Source: an uncultured Candidatus Saccharibacteria bacterium
GTDB taxonomy: Bacteria; Patescibacteriota; Minisyncoccia; Phycocordibacterales; UBA918
DNA: 39,261 nt
Direction of reading: 5' to 3'
NCBI GenBank assembly: GCA_964655825.1
Contig: CAZZPW010000002.1
Location: 6,813-46,073 of the forward strand
Positions 33,043 to 39,261 of this stretch are shown here, piece after piece. Position 1 is the stretch's first letter; each line of letters opens with the position of its first letter. A program made the position numbers and the translations under genes. Under the pieces are notes generated by a model. That model was not told the DNA's origin, did not search any database, and worked only from the letters and a program-made list of their open reading frames with translations.

Positions 33043-34830
33043 CTACTTCTGCAAGTGGCGCTTGCGCTCGGCTTCTTTGAGCTTTTGCTTGCGAAGGCGA
33101 ATGCTCTCCGGGCAGACCTCAAGGTACTCATCGGCCTGCATAATTTCGAGTCCGAGCTCAATTGAGAGCGGGCGGTGTGGGGTAAGCGCAATGGCGTCGT
33201 CTGAGCCGCTGGCGCGGACGTTGGTGAGCTGCTTGCCCTTAGTCGGGTTAACCACCATCTCCTCCCCTTTACTAGTGTTACCAATCACCATTCCCTCGTA
33301 TACTTCGGTACCGGGGCCAATGTAGAGCTCACCACGATCTTGCAAGCCATAGAGCGCGAACCCGAGCGCTTTGCCCGTGGCCATACTGGTCATGCTGCCG
33401 GCGTGCCGCTTCTTAATCTCACCAGCGTACGGTCGAAACTCCAAAAAGCGCGAGGCGAGAATTCCCTCCCCTTTCGTATCGATAATAAATTGGTTCTTGT
33501 AGCCTAAGAGGCCGCGGGTCGGGCCTTCAAACAAGAGGCGTACCTGGTTTTCGTGCGGGACCATATTCTGCATAATAAAGCCACGGTTGCTGAGGCGCTC
33601 GATAACCGCCCCTTGAAATTCTGAAGGAATATCAATCGTCACCTCCTCAAACGGTTCGTGTTTCTGGCCGTCGATTTCTTTGATAATAACCTGCGGCTGC
33701 GAGACCGATAGCTCGTACCCTTCCCGGCGCATATTTTCGAGCAAAATAGCAATGTGCATCTCGCCCCGGCCTTTAACCGCAAAGGTATCGCCCTCGCTCT
33801 CAACTTGCAGGCCGACGTTAATCTCCAGCTCTTTATCGAGTCGGTCGCCAATTTGGCGACTGGTAACGTACTTGCCCTCTCGTCCCGCAAACGGCGAGCT
33901 GTTGACTAAGAACGTCATAGCCACTGTTGGCTCATCAACATTAATAGCCGGTAGCGGCTCGGCGTCTTCGCTGTCGGTTACCGTGTCGCCGATATTGATT
34001 TTCTCGAGTCCGGCCACCAGTACGATATCTCCCGCATAGGCGGTTTCGGTCTCTACCTGCTGTACTCCCGTAAACGTCGAAAGTTTAACCACCTTGCCTT
34101 GGTACGTATCCGCACCACTATGCTTAATCAGTACTGTCTGTCCTTTACTCAGCTTACCGTCGTAAATACGCGCTACTGCTAGACGCCCGAGAAAGTTGTC
34201 GTACCCCAGGTTAAATACCTGGGCGCGCAAAGCGTCGCCCTCGGCGTAGCCTTTCGCGGCCGGCACGTGCTCGAGTACAGTATCTAAAATCGGCGCTAAG
34301 TCAGTCAACTCGTCGTCTTGATTGCGCTTGGCCACGCCATCGCGCCCAATGGCATACACCACCGGAAAATCGCACTGCTCGTCGTCGGCCCCAAGCTCCC
34401 AAAAGAGCTCCAGCACTTGGTCGGTGACTCGATCGGGGTCGGCGGCTGGTTTGTCGATTTTATTAATTACGACAATTGGCCGATGACCCAACTCCAGTGA
34501 TTTCTTAAGGACAAAGCGGGTCTGGGGCATGGGCCCCTCTTGCGCATCGACGACCAAGAGCACACAGTCGATACTGCGTAGCACCCGCTCTACCTCCGAG
34601 CCAAAATCGGCGTGACCAGGGGTATCAACGATGTTAATCTTCGTGTCCTTGTACTCGACCGAGGTATTCTTGGCGTAGATGGTAATCCCTCGCTCTTGCT
34701 CGAGCTGATTACTATCCATCGAGTTTTGTCCCTCGCGGGCACCGGTAAAGTCCATCAACCCGTCAGTTAAAGTGGTCTTGCCGTGGTCTACGTGCGCAAT
34801 AATAGCGATGTTTCGAATGGGTTGGCTCAT
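33043..34830 (-). CDS. typA: translational GTPase TypA/BipA
   Basis: [26 protein letters not shown] and NKIDK G-motifs. 595 aa, collinear with BipA. Confidence 0.92.
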   Translation of the reverse strand: MSQPIRNIAIIAHVDHGKTTLTDGLMDFTGAREGQNSMDSNQLEQERGITIYAKNTSVEYKDTKINIVDTPGHADFGSEVERVLRSIDCVLLVVDAQEGPMPQTRFVLKKSLELGHRPIVVINKIDKPAADPDRVTDQVLELFWELGADDEQCDFPVVYAIGRDGVAKRNQDDELTDLAPILDTVLEHVPAAKGYAEGDALRAQVFNLGYDNFLGRLAVARIYDGKLSKGQTVLIKHSGADTYQGKVVKLSTFTGVQQVETETAYAGDIVLVAGLEKINIGDTVTDSEDAEPLPAINVDEPTVAMTFLVNSSPFAGREGKYVTSRQIGDRLDKELEINVGLQVESEGDTFAVKGRGEMHIAILLENMRREGYELSVSQPQVIIKEIDGQKHEPFEEVTIDIPSEFQGAVIERLSNRGFIMQNMVPHENQVRLLFEGPTRGLLGYKNQFIIDTKGEGILASRFLEFRPYAGEIKKRHAGSMTSMATGKALGFALYGLQDRGELYIGPGTEVYEGMVIGNTSKGEEMVVNPTKGKQLTNVRASGSDDAIALTPHRPLSIELGLEIMQADEYLEVCPESIRLRKQKLKEAERKRHLQK

Positions 34831-34878
34831 GAGGTTTCTTACTTAGGTCCGCAGCATACTGGGTTTTTACGCGTCTGT

Positions 34879-35814
34879 CTATGCCAAATGTGTACTGAGT
34901 ACACGCGCTGCGTTTTTCCAAGCCAACAAGTCAATCATTTCGTCTGTGTATCCTAACTCGTACAAGTCGTCAAACAGAGCTGGCATATCACGCACGTGCG
35001 ACAATCCCTTTACACAACCAGATACAATCCCACCAAAGTCACTCCCAATAGCAATGTGTTCAATACCAATTAAGTGACGAATGTACTCTATCTGGTTAAT
35101 CACTGCGCTACGAGTGGTGTCACCGCCTTTGGGGACAGTAAATGTCTTAGGGAAAAATACCCCAATCAATCCTCCTGATTCTGCGATAGCGTACAGTTGC
35201 GCATCAGTGTAGTTTCGGAGGTGCGGGCAAACTGCGTCTGCGTTACCGTGACTCACGTAGAGTGGTCGAGTAGACTGCTTGGCCGCATCCCACCACGTGG
35301 CTCGCCCCATGTGAGCCATATCAAATATAATATTGTTTGTTTCAAGGTAGGAAATTACCTCTACCCCGAGCGGTGTAAGCGGTAGCTCAGGCTGCAACGT
35401 ACCACCACCCAATGCGTTCGCAATATTCCAATGCGTACCCACTGAACGTACTCCCTCGATAACCCAATTATGTAGCGTTTGCCAAGAAGCAGTCGTGTCG
35501 GCAAACACATTTAAGCCCTCAATGTGGAGTAGAAGTTTTTTCTTTGGTGCTCGTAAATCCTCTACTTCACGCACAATGAGCCAATCGGTGCTTTCTGATA
35601 CATATTCTCGATACAACGTTAATTCTTCTTCAATGAGCTCGAGTGCGCTAGAATCACGCTGGTCTTCACTGGCCGGCAACGGAAAGGCAGTGGCGACAAC
35701 GAGCGCCACCGGACTTTCTTCAAGCGCATTAAAGTCAGTCTGCGGCGCCTGCCCCATAGCGTCACGAAAACGCATATGTGTCATAAGGTCTTGATGAAGG
35801 TCAAAAATTTTCAT
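34879..35814 (-). CDS. membrane dipeptidase (peptidase family M19)
   Basis: FDLHQDL, FDMAHMG, YVSHGNADAVCPHLRNYTDAQL and IGSDFGG correspond to M19 metal-binding blocks. Confidence 0.75.
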   Translation of the reverse strand: MKIFDLHQDLMTHMRFRDAMGQAPQTDFNALEESPVALVVATAFPLPASEDQRDSSALELIEEELTLYREYVSESTDWLIVREVEDLRAPKKKLLLHIEGLNVFADTTASWQTLHNWVIEGVRSVGTHWNIANALGGGTLQPELPLTPLGVEVISYLETNNIIFDMAHMGRATWWDAAKQSTRPLYVSHGNADAVCPHLRNYTDAQLYAIAESGGLIGVFFPKTFTVPKGGDTTRSAVINQIEYIRHLIGIEHIAIGSDFGGIVSGCVKGLSHVRDMPALFDDLYELGYTDEMIDLLAWKNAARVLSTHLA

Positions 35815-35820
35815 ACATCA

Positions 35821-35826
35821 TATATA
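35821..35826 (-). promoter_or_regulatory. candidate -10 box (TATATA), 6 nt upstream of the dipeptidase ATG
   Basis: The minus strand reads ACGTATATATGATGTATG. A second TATACT lies 14 nt further upstream. Confidence 0.3.
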
Positions 35827-35864
35827 CGTTGAGTATAATTTAGTAATACCTCTAGGATAGAAAT

Positions 35865-35888
35865 CCAGCGCAGTTCGCACCGCGCTGG
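35865..35888 (-). terminator. possible terminator hairpin after the orphan gene
   Basis: CCAGCGC (35865..35871) pairs with GCGCTGG (35882..35888) around a 10-nt loop. On the minus strand it is followed by ATTTCTAT, a weak T tract. Confidence 0.35.
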
Positions 35889-35901
35889 AGGAGTGAGGAG
35901 A

Positions 35902-36936
35902 TTATTCCGGCGCTTTTGTTCTGGTTACCCGCTCGAGGCGATTATATACGTCAATCACCTCGGACAACGGTGCGGTCAGCATCCAGTGGTCAATCGCTAA
36001 ATCGTCAGCGCTCAGTAAATCATACTGAGAAAGACACTGGGCTGACTCAATCGGAAGCGTCAATTCCGGTAACTCAGCACTCAGTTCACCATACCAAGCC
36101 TCGTGTACCTTGACCGTTTGCAACGTTGATACCATCTCACAAATACTCCGTAACCGTGAGGCATTGCTCCGAAGCGTCACAAACCGCGCTGCTGCCACAG
36201 GAACAATTCGTACCCGTAACGTGAGTGGTAAATCTGGAATTCGCTGCCGAACTGCATCGTACAGCGTATTCAAGGCAGCCGTATGATCCACTATGTACTC
36301 GACCATCTGCGGCCCAGAGAGGTGATAAATGGTGTCGCGACCAGAACTAAGGGCCTGATAGATAAAATCAAACACCATATGGACGCGATTGGGCACAACC
36401 CAACCAGAGTGCTGGCTGCTAAACTGGAACACCTCAGTCTCAAGCTCAAGCTGACGCAATCGCTTTACCGACTGGTGTTGCACTTCACCAGTAGTAGACA
36501 CCCAACGGTACCAAAGACCCGATACCGCTTGGTTGGTCGCTGCCAGCACGGCAGCTCCCAGGGCCGGGTGCAGGTTCATACGCTGCATATCAGTGCACAC
36601 TTCTGTCAAGGGAAACACCCGATGAACTGACTGCTGATGAAACTCCGTAGCAGAACGTCCGTTGTGAAGTGTGGCAAAGGGCGTATATAGGTGTGGATCG
36701 AACAGCTGCGTACTTTTCCCACCACTAATACGTACGTGCGGGTGGAAGTTGGTATCTCGCACCCCTTGAGTAAAACTCACCATCTCGAGTGGAATACCCA
36801 ACGCGGCACACACCAAATTACTTGGGTGCTGATTACCAACGTGGGGCGATTTCAACACCGAGTACCCGGCGTCTCGTCGCCGCAGTAGCTCACAGAGCGA
36901 TAGGTTAGTAACGTTATTTTCGATCGTGAGTGGCAT
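35902..36936 (-). CDS. hypothetical protein (344 aa), no recognisable family
   Basis: Long uninterrupted ORF with an ATG start. It is preceded by a clear SD-like GAGGAG 7-8 nt upstream, which is unusual in this window. I recognise no motif. Confidence 0.6.
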   Translation of the reverse strand: MPLTIENNVTNLSLCELLRRRDAGYSVLKSPHVGNQHPSNLVCAALGIPLEMVSFTQGVRDTNFHPHVRISGGKSTQLFDPHLYTPFATLHNGRSATEFHQQSVHRVFPLTEVCTDMQRMNLHPALGAAVLAATNQAVSGLWYRWVSTTGEVQHQSVKRLRQLELETEVFQFSSQHSGWVVPNRVHMVFDFIYQALSSGRDTIYHLSGPQMVEYIVDHTAALNTLYDAVRQRIPDLPLTLRVRIVPVAAARFVTLRSNASRLRSICEMVSTLQTVKVHEAWYGELSAELPELTLPIESAQCLSQYDLLSADDLAIDHWMLTAPLSEVIDVYNRLERVTRTKAPE

Positions 36937-36982
36937 CGCTGCTCTCCTCGTTGTGAAAGATCAATGGCGCCCCGCTGGCGCC

Positions 36983-37012
36983 AGGCTGGTGGATTCTAGA
37001 CGCCACCAGCCT
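36983..37012. other. hairpin (10-bp stem, 10-nt loop) in the 5' region of the orphan gene
   Basis: AGGCTGGTGG (36983..36992) pairs with CCACCAGCCT (37003..37012). It is preceded by the palindromic GGCGCC-N5-GGCGCC at 36967..36983. Confidence 0.6.
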
Positions 37013-37024
37013 ACCGACAACGAG

Positions 37025-37078
37025 TACCAGAGCCAAAAATGCCCTTCTCGTACGAGAAGGGCATTTTTGGCTCTGGTA
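37025..37078. repeat. 54-bp perfect palindrome (27-bp arms with no spacer); probable terminator core with an unusually long stem
   Basis: TACCAGAGCCAAAAATGCCCTTCTCGTACGAGAAGGGCATTTTTGGCTCTGGTA. The inner GCCCTTCTCG/CGAGAAGGGC stem is flanked by A5 and T5. Confidence 0.9.
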
Positions 37079-37239
37079 GTTCAATTATCTATTATGACAC
37101 TACACCAACAAAACACACCTTCTCAATCGAAGTACGACGAAACATGTGCTTTGTCCAACAATACGTGTAATTCATATAGTTATTCATTGAATATACCTGA
37201 TTCGTTTTTTACGTCAACTATTCTACCCACACGTTCACC

Positions 37240-38517
37240 TTATGCTGGGACAAACGTCAGAGCTTGGCCTTTCTCTACGCCGCGGCCCGTCCGGCCGATA
37301 CGGTGCACGTAATCGGCGAAGGTGTGTGGTAACTCGTAGTTAATTACGTGCGATACATTGTCGACGTGAATACCACGGGCGGCGACATCAGTCGCTACCA
37401 GGGCGCGCACTTGCCCGCTCTTAAAGCGGTTCAGTGCTCGTTGCCGTTGGCCGTGGTTTTTGTTGCCGTGAATCGATTCGGCCGGAATTCCCGCCTCAGA
37501 GAGAGCTTTACCGAGCTTCTCGACACTGTGCTTCATTTCACCAAAGATGATGACGCGCTTGTACGTTTCAGTATCTTGTAGCATTTCTACCAACGTCTCA
37601 AACTTATGGGTATGCCCATACCGCACTACGTCTTGGGCAATACTATTCGTGACATCTTTCTTCTTCACATTAATTACGACCGGGTCTTGCATAAACTCGC
37701 TAGTCAGGGCTGAACACTTGTCATCCATCGTTGCCGAGAAAAAGAGCGTCTGACGCACCGCTGGGGTGGTCGCTAAGATGTAGCGCATATCGTGGATGAA
37801 GCCCATATCGAGCATTCGGTCGGCCTCATCGAGCACCACCGCGTCGACTAGGTTAGTCTTCAAAATACCTCGATCGATAAGGTCTTTAATACGGCCTGGT
37901 GTCCCAATTACAAACTGGTTTTGGCGCTTAAGTTGGCGAATCTGCGGGCCAATACTAGTGCCCCCCACACAGATAGTAGAGTAGAACCGGAAGTTCTTAG
38001 CGAGCTTCTTGAGCTCAGCATCAACTTGCATAGCTAACTCACGGGTAGGAGTTAGGATGAGCGTCATCGCGCGCGTATTTTGCTTTTTACGATCAATCAA
38101 CGGTAGGAGAAACGCAGCAGTTTTACCACTACCGGTTTCCGCTAGACCTATAACATCCTGCCCCTCGAGCGCTGGTGGGATAGCTTGATCTTGAATGGGC
38201 GATGGGGTCGTGAGATTGTGGGCGGCAAGCGTTTTTACCAACCGGCCATCGAGACCAAAGTCGGCAAAGGTATGCTTCGGCACATACACCTCTTCTGCAA
38301 CTTCGACCGGGTTCTTATTGATAAATTGCGTCGGGTCAAAGCTTGGCATCTTGCGGGGTGCACGACGTCCACCACCGGACCGAGGTCGATTGCCACTATT
38401 ACGACGATCACCGCCACTACTAAAGTTACGTCGCGGACGGGCCGAACGGCCACCACTACGACTATCACTACTGAAGCGCCGACGGCTTCCGCCACGGCGA
38501 GTTTGGGTTGTACTCAT
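37240..38517 (-). CDS. DEAD-box ATP-dependent RNA helicase with an Arg/Gly/Ser-rich N-terminal tail
   Basis: Motifs AETGSGKT, PTRELA, VLDEAD, SAT and HRIGRTGR. The first ~60 aa are RGG/RS-rich. Confidence 0.9.
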   Translation of the reverse strand: MSTTQTRRGGSRRRFSSDSRSGGRSARPRRNFSSGGDRRNSGNRPRSGGGRRAPRKMPSFDPTQFINKNPVEVAEEVYVPKHTFADFGLDGRLVKTLAAHNLTTPSPIQDQAIPPALEGQDVIGLAETGSGKTAAFLLPLIDRKKQNTRAMTLILTPTRELAMQVDAELKKLAKNFRFYSTICVGGTSIGPQIRQLKRQNQFVIGTPGRIKDLIDRGILKTNLVDAVVLDEADRMLDMGFIHDMRYILATTPAVRQTLFFSATMDDKCSALTSEFMQDPVVINVKKKDVTNSIAQDVVRYGHTHKFETLVEMLQDTETYKRVIIFGEMKHSVEKLGKALSEAGIPAESIHGNKNHGQRQRALNRFKSGQVRALVATDVAARGIHVDNVSHVINYELPHTFADYVHRIGRTGRGVEKGQALTFVPA

Positions 38518-38695
38518 TTAGAATTATTTTTATGAGCAAGCAGAGTGCTCACTCGGGGCGTGCAGGTGTCAATATCTGGAAAGTAGAGCAATCGGTATCT
38601 GCCGGTTTTCCGTCACCTCAGAGGCCCACACAGCAATCAAAGGTAGCTACAAAGTAACACGTACCAGGATTTTGTCAATAAATCTATACACACCG

Positions 38696-39259
38696 CTAGA
38701 CGACCACCGACTCGCGAGCCGAGCGACGAAGGTGGAGATAGAGCACAATCAAGAAAATGAACAGTACGCCGGAGAGAAACGGAAAGGTCACAAAGCCAAA
38801 CACCTCCATCACCGTCTTGCTGCAATCGGCTGAACCATCGGCCAGACACGGCAATGCACCACTCTCGCGCACTGCGTCTGGGATGGCCTGGTAAATGTAT
38901 TGGTATATGGCCACCACCAGGCCAAAGCCCGAAAGCACAATACCGTAGAGTGGGAAAAATAAAGCGTCTCTAGTGCGCCAGGCCACTACACTCATCAGGG
39001 CTTGCGAGTAGAGTGCCACCCGCTGCAGCCAGCAGAGTGAGCACGGTAAAAAACCGAATACTTCCGAGTACAAAAGAGTCGTTCCTACCCCGCCCCAAGC
39101 CGTGAGCATAATGAGCCACCAGACGTACGGCGCCACGTACTTTAGGTACAATCGCTGGTTATTGGCTTTGTAGTCCCACAGCAAAACCGCCGTCAGGGCA
39201 AGTAAACCCAAACCACCGAGCGCAAAGAGTAAATTAATAGTGTGAATATAGAAAATCAT
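38696..39259 (-). CDS. disulfide bond formation protein B (DsbB/BdbC-like)
   Basis: Four TM helices, first loop FLPCSLCWLQR (CxxC), second loop LPCLADGSADCSK. The ATG lies 2 nt from the window edge, so the true start could lie outside the window. Confidence 0.7.
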   Translation of the reverse strand: MIFYIHTINLLFALGGLGLLALTAVLLWDYKANNQRLYLKYVAPYVWWLIMLTAWGGVGTTLLYSEVFGFLPCSLCWLQRVALYSQALMSVVAWRTRDALFFPLYGIVLSGFGLVVAIYQYIYQAIPDAVRESGALPCLADGSADCSKTVMEVFGFVTFPFLSGVLFIFLIVLYLHLRRSARESVVV

Positions 39260-39261
39260 TA

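Noticed and set aside
37092-37187. 31-codon minus-strand ORF (MNNYMNYTYCWTKHMFRRTSIEKVCFVGVVS) in the helicase/orphan intergenic region.
   Set aside because: It is too short, has no promoter at the usual spacing, and has no supporting feature. It lies in an A/T-richer spacer where ORFs arise by chance.
1-39261. I looked for tRNA or rRNA genes, mobile elements (transposase, integrase, terminal inverted repeats), prophage genes, toxin-antitoxin pairs and known defence genes.
   Set aside because: I recognised none. All intergenic gaps of 70 nt or more were read on both strands, and none has tRNA-like T-arm or acceptor features. All large ORFs are accounted for by housekeeping or envelope functions.

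Overview
This is a 39.3-kb chromosomal segment from a compact bacterial genome. The gene content, the 0-40 nt gaps, the frequent ATGA or 1-17 nt gene overlaps and the near absence of Shine-Dalgarno sequences resemble CPR/Patescibacteria, but that placement is inference only. I support about 39 protein-coding genes, 6 on the plus strand and the rest on the minus strand, plus 3 doubtful small ORFs. The standard genetic code applies, since TGA is used as a stop. I found no rRNA, tRNA, CRISPR array, transposase, integrase or phage gene. Housekeeping genes include secG, RNase J, a MutY-like glycosylase, a class II photolyase, enolase, a D-2-hydroxyacid dehydrogenase, TypA/BipA, a DEAD-box helicase, a histidine kinase with a response regulator, and HtrA. 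Envelope and accessory genes include GH1 and clan-A glycosidases, two M14 peptidases, an M19 dipeptidase, an SGNH hydrolase, and DsbA-, DsbB- and CcdA-like redox proteins. Two things stand out. (1) The 468-nt gap upstream of the GH1 gene (14510..14977) holds an in-frame 81/90/90-nt tandem repeat full of hairpins. It sits inside a chain of three ATGA-coupled ORFs that each start with the same GH1-type N-terminal module, and a -10 box lies 6 nt before the first ATG. (2) A tight cassette at 16447..19937 combines a DUF1704/MATCAP-type metallopeptidase, a 7TM protein and a RimK-like ATP-grasp ligase fused to a retropepsin-like domain. This looks like a peptide C-terminal tail writer/eraser system with no known substrate. 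Secondary observations are a catalytically dead M14 paralogue, a MutY-like enzyme without Fe-S cysteines, a leaderless promoter pattern, a 54-bp perfect palindrome upstream of an orphan gene, and basic low-complexity tails on RNA enzymes. All functional calls come from motif recognition by eye, and no database search was run.
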